64,000 nt of DNA. It comes from a virus (taxonomy: Duplodnaviria; Caudoviricetes). The notes below the pieces were generated by a model, which was not told the origin of the DNA, made no database searches, and saw only the letters and a program-made list of their open reading frames with translations. Shown piece by piece: positions 1-9,411 of this stretch (its first letter is position 1; each line of letters starts with the position of its first letter). The position numbers and the translations under genes are program-made. The stretch lies in IMG/VR virus record IMGVR_UViG_3300031555_003155. One strand, 5' to 3'.

Positions 1-849
1 TAACATATCTGATGCTCTACGGATTTTATCCATATAATCACGATATATTACATACTTTCTATTGTCTCCATCTTTCAGTTCCTTATACATTGTAGTTATT
101 TGTTTATTCATAATATTTATATATGCTTTAGCCTGACTCTTGGATACTTTTAATTCTATTATCTTTTCGGCAATAGTTATAGGCATATCTGTCAATACCT
201 GAGCAGGTGTTCCGCTCATAGGGATTTCTAAAGCAACAAGCATCTGAGTGCTCTTTTCTATCAGTTTTGGAAAACTAGAAAGATATTCTGTTGTATGACT
301 TGTTTTTATTCGTCTAAGGAGTAATTCATAATCAGTAATCGTTTCAGGATTATAATTTATATTATGAATTAAAATCTCCATCTCATCAACAAGATAAGAT
401 TCAAATAAACAACCAGAATTGGCTCTATTAATATAAAATTCCATCTGAACTTCATCTTTGATATTTTTTACATCATTTTTCTGTTCTATAGTATCATCTA
501 TAATGTCGACAGTATTTTCTAATTCTTTTATATGATCCCCATCCACATAATTAGATTCTTTTAATGTTTTTATAAATGTCACAAGACTTTCTTTCTGGAC
601 TTGTAATTCATTTACATTATCATATGAAGTGCGTATGATATGGTTCATAAATGACGTGCCCTGTGATGGGATTGTGTACATATATGATAAATTTTCTTTA
701 ATAACATTTGTTGGCTGGTTTCTAAATTCATTCATAAATAAAATCCTATTAGCTGGAGTATCATTCGCCTTTAATTGGTTAAATGATTCTCTTAACGCAT
801 CTATTTTAGGTTTTTTAGAATTTAGAATACTTTCTTTATTTATATACAT
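1..849 (-). CDS. Hypothetical, probably virion, protein; 3' end runs off the window
   Basis: Not in ORF track. AAAGGAGG RBS then ATG at 849; frame MYINKESILNSKKPKIDALRES... stays open to position 1; contains LRES/LFES motifs. Confidence 0.75.
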   Translation of the reverse strand, partial: MYINKESILNSKKPKIDALRESFNQLKANDTPANRILFMNEFRNQPTNVIKENLSYMYTIPSQGTSFMNHIIRTSYDNVNELQVQKESLVTFIKTLKESNYVDGDHIKELENTVDIIDDTIEQKNDVKNIKDEVQMEFYINRANSGCLFESYLVDEMEILIHNINYNPETITDYELLLRRIKTSHTTEYLSSFPKLIEKSTQMLVALEIPMSGTPAQVLTDMPITIAEKIIELKVSKSQAKAYINIMNKQITTMYKELKDGDNRKYVIYRDYMDKIRRASDML

Positions 850-890
850 GATTGTATATCCTCCTTTCTATCTATAGTTATATAATAAAA

Positions 891-1403
891 TCATTTAATT
901 TTAGATTTTTCTAAGCATTCATTACGTTTTTTCATCAATCCTGCAATGAATTTATCGTTAATGTGTCTAGCACGTGCACGACTAGCTCCTTTAATTTTAC
1001 CGGTTGTTATAATGCCTGCTAAGATAATGCCCCATAAAGCATATGATACAAATGGAATAAACCCACCTAAGAAATCTTCAATATTTTCATCAGGAATTTT
1101 ATCAATGATCTTATATATGGATTTTGCTCTAGTTATAGCCTTATCATAATATGTTAACGCTTCTTTGTAGTTGCCTGCTCTTTCTAACTTCTCAGCTTTT
1201 TCCCAATATCTTGTTGCGTTGTGTTTTGTTATACTGAAATCAACCTTCAAAGCCTCCCAAGATGCCGCAGCTTCTGTTGTTATATAGTATTCATCATCTG
1301 AACTATCTAAGAACGAATCTATTATTGTAATGAATGCATTAATATCAATTTCTATTCCGGACTCCTGGTGAATATTATTTTGTGTAAGTTTATTAAAAAA
1401 CAT
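891..1403 (-). CDS. Small helical (TPR-like) protein, paralog B, probable internal head protein
   Basis: Close paralog of 1431-1940; YKEALxxYDKAI TPR-like helix; acidic N-terminus ending ITTE-AAAS. Confidence 0.6.
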   Translation of the reverse strand: MFFNKLTQNNIHQESGIEIDINAFITIIDSFLDSSDDEYYITTEAAASWEALKVDFSITKHNATRYWEKAEKLERAGNYKEALTYYDKAITRAKSIYKIIDKIPDENIEDFLGGFIPFVSYALWGIILAGIITTGKIKGASRARARHINDKFIAGLMKKRNECLEKSKIK

Positions 1404-1430
1404 ACATCAAACACCCTTTCGTATTCTATA

Positions 1431-1940
1431 TTATTTATTTTTAGATTTCTCTAAGCATTCATTACGTTTTTTCATTAATCCTGCAATGAAGTTATCGTTA
1501 ACCTTTTTAGCATACGCACGACTAGCTCCTTTAATTTTACCAGTCGTAATTGTGCCAACTAAGATAATGCCCCATAAAGTATATGATATATAAGGGATGT
1601 ATCCTGCTAAGAAATCCATGAGATTTTCATCCGGAATTTTATCAATAATCTTATATATAGATTTTGCTTCAGTGATTGCTTTATCATATAATTTTAATGC
1701 CTCTTTATATTCGCCTTTCTTTTCAAGTTTCTTAGCTTCTTTCCAATGTTTTTTAGATTCTTTTTTAATGTCACTAAAATCAATCTTCAAAGCCTCCCAA
1801 GATGCCGCAGCTTCTGTTGTTATATAGTATTCATCATCTGAACTATATAATAATGATTCAGTTATCGTTATGAATGCATTAATATCCATTTCAACACAAG
1901 ATTCTTTTAAATTATCATTTGAATTGTTTGTAAAAAACAT
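1431..1940 (-). CDS. Small helical (TPR-like) protein, paralog A, probable internal head protein
   Basis: Close paralog of 891-1403; preceded by AACA-N6-TA motif at 1968-1979. Confidence 0.6.
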   Translation of the reverse strand: MFFTNNSNDNLKESCVEMDINAFITITESLLYSSDDEYYITTEAAASWEALKIDFSDIKKESKKHWKEAKKLEKKGEYKEALKLYDKAITEAKSIYKIIDKIPDENLMDFLAGYIPYISYTLWGIILVGTITTGKIKGASRAYAKKVNDNFIAGLMKKRNECLEKSKNK

Positions 1941-1967
1941 AAAATCTGCCCCTTTCGATTATATAAT

Positions 1968-1979
1968 TACCATAATGTT
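1968..1979 (-). promoter_or_regulatory. Late-type promoter motif AACA-N6-TA
   Basis: AACATTATGGTA on minus strand upstream of 1940. Confidence 0.6.
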
Positions 1980-2011
1980 TTTGAATTACGATCATAATAA
2001 TTGTGGCAACA

Positions 2012-2023
2012 AACAATATTTTA
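2012..2023 (+). promoter_or_regulatory. Late-type promoter motif AACA-N6-TA
   Basis: AACAATATTTTA upstream of prohead protease. Confidence 0.65.
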
Positions 2024-2052
2024 AATATAAATCTAAGAAAGGAATGAGTTTC

Positions 2053-2883
2053 ATGAATAAACAAGAAGTAGCCGCTTATCTTATCATGGAATCAACATCC
2101 GAACCGTCAAGAGTAGACAATCTTGAAGTGTTCGACAAGAATAGTTTATTCTATTTACGATTTGATACAAATCTTCAGGATTTTAATATTCGCAATAGAA
2201 ATAGACGTATATATATGGGTAATGCCATGGTTCCATCATTACAGGCTGAGCACATAATCGAACTTCAAAATAAAAAATCTTGGTTCGGTGAAGCTGGTCA
2301 TCCGATGACTGATGATATTAAACGTATATTAACTATAGACCCTAAATTAATATCTCATAAAATAGTATCTCATACTGCAACCAATACTGGATGTAAAGGT
2401 ACTATTGAGACATTAGATAATAAATATGGTCGTGAAATGACAAAACACATTCTTCAGGGAATGGAACCAGCATTCAGTTTACGTGCTCTTGCACCATTGG
2501 TTAAAAAACCAAATGGCGACTCAGTTGTTCAATCTAAAGCACATGTCGTTACATATGACTGGGTTATTTTACCTAGCCATAAAACTGCATATAGAGATGA
2601 AAGTAAACCCGTTGAAAAAATTATCAAAAAAATAACAGATGGTGGTAATACTGTGCAGGAATGTGCAATAACTCCTGTTCAGGAATCAATGATTAAAGAT
2701 TTTATTGCAATGGAATCGACTAACGTACATTTAATTTCTAATGTATGTGAAGTTGCATTAGAGTCTATGCAGTTAACTGATGATTTAAAGAATGTAATAT
2801 TGAAAGAGAATAATTTAACATATGTCGTATCTCTTGAAGATAAAATTTCTCACGATATAAATCAGTATATGAGAAATTTATAA
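2053..2883 (+). CDS. Prohead core/maturation protease (T4 gp21-like)
   Basis: NRNRRIY, WFGEAGHP, FSLRA and YDWV..PS match gp21-family motifs; start moved to ATG 2053 behind AAAGGA RBS. Confidence 0.85.
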   Translation: MNKQEVAAYLIMESTSEPSRVDNLEVFDKNSLFYLRFDTNLQDFNIRNRNRRIYMGNAMVPSLQAEHIIELQNKKSWFGEAGHPMTDDIKRILTIDPKLISHKIVSHTATNTGCKGTIETLDNKYGREMTKHILQGMEPAFSLRALAPLVKKPNGDSVVQSKAHVVTYDWVILPSHKTAYRDESKPVEKIIKKITDGGNTVQECAITPVQESMIKDFIAMESTNVHLISNVCEVALESMQLTDDLKNVILKENNLTYVVSLEDKISHDINQYMRNL

Positions 2884-2893
2884 AAAAAAATAA

Positions 2894-2927
2894 AATATCC
2901 GGTATATGTAATCATATACTGGATATT
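2894..2927. terminator. Intrinsic terminator-like hairpin
   Basis: aatatccggtatatg / catatactggatatt inverted repeat after protease stop. Confidence 0.6.
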
Positions 2928-2967
2928 ATTACTTGTAAAATTAATATAAAAGGATGTGATATATCAT

Positions 2968-3696
2968 ATGATGAATTTATCTCAATTATTAACTGCTATA
3001 AAAATGGATTTAGGAATATATGGGTTACGATTACCATTTGATAACCCAGATGAAGCTCTTATGGATGTTATAAAATTAAAAACATTAAATACATTCAGCA
3101 CATTTTTACCTCAAGTAAAAGAATTGTCGATAGATTTAACTAAAGACATGGAATGTATAAAAGAGGAGTATACGGAATCGATATATATACTTCCAAATTT
3201 CTTTGCTGATAGGGAAATATTATATATAAGAAAAATAACTCCTAAAAGTAAATTACTTGGTAATGGGTTTATATCTCCAACATTTGATGGCTCTATAGAG
3301 ACTTATAATATGTTAATGATGACTCAAGCAAATGCTAACTTAGCATCTGTATCGGCACCTGCCATAACATTTAAATTTGAACCACCAAACAAATTATATT
3401 TATATAATATGGCAACGTCTTATGGTATATTAGATATTGAATTCGCATTAGAACATGCGCCAAACTTATCTACTATAACAAAAACATCATGGGAAACTTT
3501 TTATGAACTAGCATTACTTGATGTTAAACGTTTCTTATATAATAGTATGAAACATTATACGGAAATTCAAACAGCATATGGTAATATTAACTTGAAAATA
3601 GATGAGTGGTCAAATGCTGAATCTGATAGAAAAGAAATAATAGAAAAAATGAGAGACCTGTATCACTTAGAAGTGGAACAGTACTTCATTATTTAA
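2968..3696 (+). CDS. Probable neck/head-completion protein (T4 gp13-like)
   Basis: C-terminal QTAYGNINLKIDEWSNAESDRKEIIEK resembles gp13 C-terminus; structural context. Confidence 0.45.
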   Translation: MMNLSQLLTAIKMDLGIYGLRLPFDNPDEALMDVIKLKTLNTFSTFLPQVKELSIDLTKDMECIKEEYTESIYILPNFFADREILYIRKITPKSKLLGNGFISPTFDGSIETYNMLMMTQANANLASVSAPAITFKFEPPNKLYLYNMATSYGILDIEFALEHAPNLSTITKTSWETFYELALLDVKRFLYNSMKHYTEIQTAYGNINLKIDEWSNAESDRKEIIEKMRDLYHLEVEQYFII

Positions 3697-3713
3697 TAAG
3701 GAGGTCATTTGGA

Positions 3714-4163
3714 ATGAAAGATTTACAAAAATTATTTACAGCATTAGTTTTATCAAAACACAATATTCAAATTCTTCATTGGAAAGCTATCGGTGTTGAG
3801 TTTGATGCAGTTCATTCAGTCATGGATGACTATGGAAAGTGTTTAAGCAAATTAATCGATGAAGTTGGAGAAATTATGGTTGAAATGAAAATCGATCCAT
3901 TATGCATTCATGGGGTCATGGAATTAGCAGAAAAAGATTCTGATAATGATTATTTATGTATTGACCCAACTCGTGATTATCCTGCTAAAGAAGCATTCGG
4001 TCATCTAAATACTATGCTTACCCTTTTATGCAAATTATATGATTGCATTTGTAAAGATGGTAATATTCCTGAAAATGTTATCGGCAAACTTCAGGAACAC
4101 CAGAGATGGATATCTCTCGAATTAAACTATAAAAATGCAAGAAGAATGTGTTTAACAGAATAA
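3714..4163 (+). CDS. dps: Dps / ferritin-like DNA-protection protein
   Basis: HWKAIGVEFDAVH...DEVGE ferroxidase signature, 149 aa. Confidence 0.85.
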   Translation: MKDLQKLFTALVLSKHNIQILHWKAIGVEFDAVHSVMDDYGKCLSKLIDEVGEIMVEMKIDPLCIHGVMELAEKDSDNDYLCIDPTRDYPAKEAFGHLNTMLTLLCKLYDCICKDGNIPENVIGKLQEHQRWISLELNYKNARRMCLTE

Positions 4164-4166
4164 AAA

Positions 4167-4201
4167 AATAACGGAAGAAGTTTATCGCTTCTTCCGTTAT
4201 T
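4167..4201. terminator. Bidirectional terminator between convergent genes
   Basis: ataacggaagaag / cttcttccgttat inverted repeat. Confidence 0.75.
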
Positions 4202-4211
4202 CTCTTTTCGA

Positions 4212-4553
4212 TTACTCAGTATATGTATCTTCAGAATTTTTCTTTACCATATACTTTTTGAAAACGTTTTCTATATTTTCAAAATATCTATGGAATGCTC
4301 TGTACACAGACTTAAATAATGGCATACAGATTCCTATTAATGATTTATTTTCTTTAATGACATCTGTTAAGAAATCCGGGTTGATAGTGACTTCGATACC
4401 ATCCTCATATTCTTCAATATTAGTTATCTTTTTAAATCGTTCATCAACTTTCCAAACTTCTTCCGAAATATCTTTAGTCTCGATTTCTTCACACACAGAT
4501 TTAATTAAATCATTAATAATACACTTTTCATCTTTTTCAAAATAAATTTTCAT
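4212..4553 (-). CDS. Hypothetical protein
   Basis: ORF with AGGGGAG RBS and upstream TATATATTAT motif. Confidence 0.7.
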   Translation of the reverse strand: MKIYFEKDEKCIINDLIKSVCEEIETKDISEEVWKVDERFKKITNIEEYEDGIEVTINPDFLTDVIKENKSLIGICMPLFKSVYRAFHRYFENIENVFKKYMVKKNSEDTYTE

Positions 4554-4589
4554 ATTTATTTCTCCCCTTTTTATATTTATATTACATTA

Positions 4590-4599
4590 ATAATATATA
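4590..4599 (-). promoter_or_regulatory. Early-type promoter motif TATATATTAT
   Basis: Exact 10-mer oriented toward 4553. Confidence 0.55.
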
Positions 4600-4635
4600 T
4601 CCATATGCATGTAATATACGATTTTTTATTTTAAT

Positions 4636-4645
4636 TATATATTAT
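4636..4645 (+). promoter_or_regulatory. Early-type promoter motif TATATATTAT
   Basis: Exact 10-mer oriented toward 4753. Confidence 0.55.
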
Positions 4646-4752
4646 CATTATGAATGAAAGGAGTAATATAATTTGTATGTTCCTCTGTTACCTTATGAGG
4701 AAATAATAATATCGGTCGATAACAATATTTTTATTTTTGAGAGGAGAAAAAT

Positions 4753-5550
4753 ATGAACGAATTAAATGCCAATTCATCACCAGTTGTGTGTGCATTTCCT
4801 GGAACAGGAAAAACTTATATGTATGAATTATATAAAGAACGAGCATGCATTTTCGATTCGGATTCTAGTAAATTTTCATGGTTAGAACCTGGAGTTAGAA
4901 ATCCTGAATTTCCAAACAATTATATCGAACACATTAAAGAAGAGATTAAGAATGGAGCTCAAATCATATTAGTATCAACGCATAGTGTTGTGCGTAAAGC
5001 ATTATTAGAGAATGACATACCATTTACTATAGTATACCCGCATATCGAAGATAAAGAAGTGTATTTAAGAAGATATAGAACTCGTGGAAGTAGTGATGAC
5101 TTTATTAAAATGATGGATGAAAATTATGAAAAATTCATCACAGAAATAATGGATGAAGTATCACAAAATCCAAATATGATTGATCCAATAGTATTAGAAA
5201 GTCATCAATATATAACTGACAGAATTGCTTATGTTGATTATAACGAAGATAATACCGATATTGCAAATTTCTATTCTATTGATATGTGCGTAAAAGGATT
5301 GCGTGGCGTTAGTGACTATATAGATCTTATGGGATATCCCGAAACTGCAGAGCGAATCGATTTAATTTGTGATAAAATAGAAGAAATAGCCGATAGTTTA
5401 TCTGCCAATTTAAATTTAATGCAGGATAAACTTTCCAAATTAAATGAAAATTTAAATAAAATCGAGAGTATTCAATCCGCTATCGGCGAATTAAGTGAGG
5501 ATACTGAAGAAAATATGGTTAATATTTCAAAGATATGCACAAATGAGTAA
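4753..5550 (+). CDS. P-loop NTPase/kinase-like phage protein with C-terminal coiled coil
   Basis: Walker A CAFPGTGKT, DSDSSKFSW, FPNNYIEHIK. Confidence 0.65.
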   Translation: MNELNANSSPVVCAFPGTGKTYMYELYKERACIFDSDSSKFSWLEPGVRNPEFPNNYIEHIKEEIKNGAQIILVSTHSVVRKALLENDIPFTIVYPHIEDKEVYLRRYRTRGSSDDFIKMMDENYEKFITEIMDEVSQNPNMIDPIVLESHQYITDRIAYVDYNEDNTDIANFYSIDMCVKGLRGVSDYIDLMGYPETAERIDLICDKIEEIADSLSANLNLMQDKLSKLNENLNKIESIQSAIGELSEDTEENMVNISKICTNE

Positions 5551-5582
5551 AGTTATTAGTACACAAATTATGTGATAAAATT

Positions 5583-5613
5583 TGGGAAATGCAAATATTA
5601 ATTGCATTTCCCA
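5583..5613. terminator. Bidirectional terminator
   Basis: tgggaaatgcaa / ttgcatttccca followed by T-tract. Confidence 0.75.
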
Positions 5614-5623
5614 TTATTTTTTT

Positions 5624-7195
5624 TTATTCAAATTTTGTCATCATATACAAGGTTTGGATACCTTCATTTGCTATTTTTCTCATATTTGAACCATATATAT
5701 TTAGTATATGAGATTTAGATTTCATTTGCTTTTCCGCTTCAGCATTAGCCTCTTGACTGAATAATCCTTTTATTGAAATCTGATCACCGTCATAGTCACC
5801 GCCCAAGCCTGCAAGATATAGGTTAGACATAGATACTGTATCTATAAAACTAACTGCAACTTCATTCTTTGATGCTTTCAAATCTATATACGGATAATTC
5901 AAATACACACGATTATTTATATAGACGGGTATTGTTTTATGTGTGCTTAATACTGTTATTTTATTAGGAAAAGTTCCAAAATAGTCCGTCATCGGATATC
6001 GTGTAACATATACATGCTTATCTCTTGTAATATCTACAGCAGCCTGATAGAATATATCTGCCCAAGTTGCATATCGTTCTATAATATTACTTTCACTCTC
6101 TGGTTTATTTTTATCATATTCCCTAGCAACGAATGAAAAATAAACTTTATTCTTCGAATTCTTTACTGGCAATTCAATGGGATTAAATCTATCTGCATGA
6201 GCAAATACAAAATTGTCAACTTGTTTTTTTATAAAATCATTATTAAAATATAATTCCGGATTATCTAATTCAACAAGTTCAATTTCGCCTTTTGAATTCT
6301 TTACAGGATATTTATTTCCAGATTTAACGAATTCTTGGGTGAAATAATTTTTAACCCATGCAATTATAAATGGAGTGAATAACGAACAACATTGAGCCAG
6401 AGGAACACCTGTATGATAAAAATCTATAGTCATTTCTGATGGTTTATTTGCATTAAATGTTGGTGCAGAAATAACTGAACGTGCACCATAATCTATCGAC
6501 TTTCCTAATAAATTCTTACGAATCATACCTTGTTTTTTTTCTAATTTACTTTTTAGAAAATCATATATATCAACTAATTGGTCCTGTATTTTTGCTCTTG
6601 TTCCATCGAGAACAAAATCAAAATTATTACTGTTTCTTATAATACTAGTTAATCTTATTAATTTAGAATATTTATCATTGAGTATTCTGTGTGATAGTAT
6701 TCCTTTTTCCATTGATTGGAAATTTACATCTCGATAGAATGGAGGAATTACTATCCAATATTTCGTGAATAAAATATTTTTTTTATATGCTTTTAAAACA
6801 TCTATACGCTCATTACGCATAAGGCTGTTATTTTTTTCGAAATTAATTTTATCCCAATTCTTATAAAGAAATTTTAAGCCGGTTTCCCCGTTTTCTTCAT
6901 CTTCAACTAATACACCATCTTTAATAATAAATCTTCTATTACCATGGACAATACTTTCAAATTTTCTATCCATTCGTTTTAATAGTTTATAGATAAATGG
7001 GTGTAAAAATGTATCAGATAAATCTATATAAGCATAAGTTTCTTTTCGTTCTTTAACGGATACTCCAAATATATCTGTTGATATTAATCCACGAGGGGAT
7101 GGAACCGCACCTTTACTAAATAAAACAGGGTCATCAACCTCTTTAAGATCATTAACTTTTATAAATTCGGCAGTATCATACAAATCTATTAGCAT
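5624..7195 (-). CDS. Multisubunit RNA polymerase beta' N-terminal/catalytic subunit (virion RNAP-like)
   Basis: GLISTDIFG, LLGKSIDYGARSVIS, TRYP, catalytic GGDYDGD; ends at EGIQTLYMMT; start ATG 7195 behind AGGAAGGTGA. Confidence 0.92.
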   Translation of the reverse strand: MLIDLYDTAEFIKVNDLKEVDDPVLFSKGAVPSPRGLISTDIFGVSVKERKETYAYIDLSDTFLHPFIYKLLKRMDRKFESIVHGNRRFIIKDGVLVEDEENGETGLKFLYKNWDKINFEKNNSLMRNERIDVLKAYKKNILFTKYWIVIPPFYRDVNFQSMEKGILSHRILNDKYSKLIRLTSIIRNSNNFDFVLDGTRAKIQDQLVDIYDFLKSKLEKKQGMIRKNLLGKSIDYGARSVISAPTFNANKPSEMTIDFYHTGVPLAQCCSLFTPFIIAWVKNYFTQEFVKSGNKYPVKNSKGEIELVELDNPELYFNNDFIKKQVDNFVFAHADRFNPIELPVKNSKNKVYFSFVAREYDKNKPESESNIIERYATWADIFYQAAVDITRDKHVYVTRYPMTDYFGTFPNKITVLSTHKTIPVYINNRVYLNYPYIDLKASKNEVAVSFIDTVSMSNLYLAGLGGDYDGDQISIKGLFSQEANAEAEKQMKSKSHILNIYGSNMRKIANEGIQTLYMMTKFE

Positions 7196-7553
7196 ATATA
7201 TCACCTTCCTCACGGTCATTTTTCATACCTATATCAACGACAATGTTATTATACTCTTCAATAATATCGACTGTAAAATATTTAGATGAACTATAATCAT
7301 TTTTACAATTATTGATAGCAAATACTATGTCATTTATATATTTGTTTTCATGAGGAACTATATATACTTTGATATTATTTTTCTTTTCTTTACAGTATAT
7401 TTTTTCTATCTTTTTCAAATCTATATCATTTATTAAAAAATAAAAATATCTGAATTTCTCATAATGATATTCGAGGATATTTTCAAATAAGGTATAATCA
7501 GCTAACTCCGATGAAGTTAGCTGATTGAATATTGTTACCATATCATGACGCAT
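7176..7553 (-). CDS. Hypothetical protein
   Basis: ORF with AAAGGGG RBS, overlaps start of beta' gene. Confidence 0.7.
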   Translation of the reverse strand: MRHDMVTIFNQLTSSELADYTLFENILEYHYEKFRYFYFLINDIDLKKIEKIYCKEKKNNIKVYIVPHENKYINDIVFAINNCKNDYSSSKYFTVDIIEEYNNIVVDIGMKNDREEGDIYANRFV

Positions 7554-7643
7554 GTATTTAAAAGCCCCTTTCTTTCTTTCTTTATTTTTATATCGACAGG
7601 AGAGATTGTGGGGCTTAAAAATATCTTCATCGTAATTGGGAAA

Positions 7644-7871
7644 TTACTGTAAATCTTCTAGGGCTCTCATGTCCATACCACCAGAAGCTTCTCTTTCTTT
7701 TTTTAGGCGGTCGACACGAATATTTCTAAGTGTGACCGCCTCTTTATAGCTTAATTTATATTTTAAATCGTCAAGAGGAATTTGGTTTTTAAATAAATCC
7801 AAAAATTCATCTATAAATAAATAAAAATTTTTTATTCGATTGTTGATGTCATCGCCTGTCGATACCTGTAA
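7644..7871 (-). CDS. Predicted -1 frameshift extension (T-like / gp51-like) of the 7832-9379 chaperone
   Basis: 75-codon open frame with no usable start (LQVSTGDDINNRIKNFYLFIDEFLDLFKNQIPLDDLKYKLSYKEAVTLRNIRVDRLKKEREA...) entered at CTT TTT TAC (7876-7868). Confidence 0.6.
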   Translation of the reverse strand, partial: LQVSTGDDINNRIKNFYLFIDEFLDLFKNQIPLDDLKYKLSYKEAVTLRNIRVDRLKKEREASGGMDMRALEDLQ

Positions 7872-9379
7872 AAAAGTATGGACTCAAGATCCATTTCTAA
7901 TGTTGGTGTGTAGTGTTTACATGCGGGGCATGTAATTCCCATTAAACCAAATTCAATAGAAAGGTCTTCCATCATATCTTCGCCTAAACGACGAATAATC
8001 ATAACATCTTTTTCATTTAATGTATATAAAGTTCTTGCGATTTCTGCAGCAGTATCAACCTCAAAATAGCTACCATCTTCATCCGGATCAGGAATATAGA
8101 AAGTTCTAATTAATGTAGATAAGATCGATGCTTGATTATATTTAGGATCTTTATTATCTGCAAGGTCTTTAATTGATTTATTTATAAGATCATAAGCAGT
8201 CTGTACATATATTTCTGCAATGATGCCGCTCTGAGGCAATCTTACACGTTTAACCTGACTAATCGGTGCATTTGCATGCACTTCTTTAGCGGTATCTTCA
8301 GATACAGAACTGTCAACTATAGTCATAATAGCATCTCTAAGCTTATCTTTCATAGCTTCTGCACGAATTAACGATTTGGTTGAATATCTATGAGAAAACT
8401 CTTTCTTACATTTTTCACAAACAAGCGGAATAGTATCGTCATCAGGATATGTAGAACATAATAAACCATAAATAAATACATTATAATCTGCTGCTGCAGT
8501 ATTTAATAAGAAATCGTTAAAACTCATATTACCAAGACTGGTTGACTCAAGTTTACTATGAATTAAGCTCCATTTATTTTGCGCATCAAGTAACGCATTA
8601 TTATTACCATCAATCAATGAAATTAATTCATATGCAGAACACCCTTTCATTGTTGCTGTATATCCTGAAATTGGAAGCACAATGCTTGTGCTATGGATAT
8701 TAGTTACCCTCTTGATGATCTTATCCAATTCTGATTTCTTGCGGATTTTTTTAGTCTTAATACTTTCCAAAGAGATTGTTTCAACTTCTTCAAGTTTAAT
8801 TTTCTTACTTTTCTCAAGTTTTTCATGCTCCTCATCGGTGAAATTAATTAATGTGCCGAAGCCAGTTTTATCAATAACAACAACTGCTTCATTATATTTA
8901 GCCTCAAATTCATCTTTTGTCATTCCAGGGTCTTCCTCTTCCCCATCATCATCTTTATAAATAAGGTCATCTTCTTCTGCTTGCTTTTCAGCAATGTCTG
9001 TTTCAATTTGGTCTTTCTTTTCTTTTAATTCGTCAATAGCTTCATCCATCTCCTGGAGATATGCATCCACTGCACTTTGAGTATCAGGAGTTATTCCTGT
9101 GTACTTCATCGGTTTGTCATCCTGTTTATCAAGGTCTTCATTATCAATAACTAAACCAGGTCCAGAATATGATTTATTTTCAACAGGAACAATTTCATCA
9201 TCATGTTGATTAGATATAGTTTCTTCTTTCTGTTCTATAGGTTTTTCGGGTTCTTTAGTAGCTTTTAATACTTCAGAAAAATCTCCGCCAATAACTTTAG
9301 TTTCCTGATTATCAAAATCATCATCAGAAATTTGCTCAGCGGCTTGTTTAATTTTAGTTAAATCCATATTATTATCCAT
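7832..9379 (-). CDS. Baseplate hub / tail assembly chaperone (T4 gp26-like) with long acidic N-terminus
   Basis: Two CxxC pairs (CEKC, CPAC), LPISG and LPQSG, C-terminal ILF; directly downstream of gp25-like gene. Confidence 0.6.
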   Translation of the reverse strand: MDNNMDLTKIKQAAEQISDDDFDNQETKVIGGDFSEVLKATKEPEKPIEQKEETISNQHDDEIVPVENKSYSGPGLVIDNEDLDKQDDKPMKYTGITPDTQSAVDAYLQEMDEAIDELKEKKDQIETDIAEKQAEEDDLIYKDDDGEEEDPGMTKDEFEAKYNEAVVVIDKTGFGTLINFTDEEHEKLEKSKKIKLEEVETISLESIKTKKIRKKSELDKIIKRVTNIHSTSIVLPISGYTATMKGCSAYELISLIDGNNNALLDAQNKWSLIHSKLESTSLGNMSFNDFLLNTAAADYNVFIYGLLCSTYPDDDTIPLVCEKCKKEFSHRYSTKSLIRAEAMKDKLRDAIMTIVDSSVSEDTAKEVHANAPISQVKRVRLPQSGIIAEIYVQTAYDLINKSIKDLADNKDPKYNQASILSTLIRTFYIPDPDEDGSYFEVDTAAEIARTLYTLNEKDVMIIRRLGEDMMEDLSIEFGLMGITCPACKHYTPTLEMDLESILFYRYRQAMTSTIE

Positions 9380-9411
9380 TTGTGTGTTCCTCCTTATTTT
9401 TTATATATTTA

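Larger units (their letters stand above)
891..1940. repeat. Tandem gene duplication, about 540-bp period
   Basis: Near-identical blocks such as cttcaaagcctcccaagatgccgcagcttctgttgttatatagtattcatcatctgaactat at about 1246 and 1786. Confidence 0.9.

Noticed and set aside
1870-2052. N-terminal extension of the protease ORF in the track
   Set aside because: Overlaps the divergent gene and the promoters; RBS and late motif support ATG 2053
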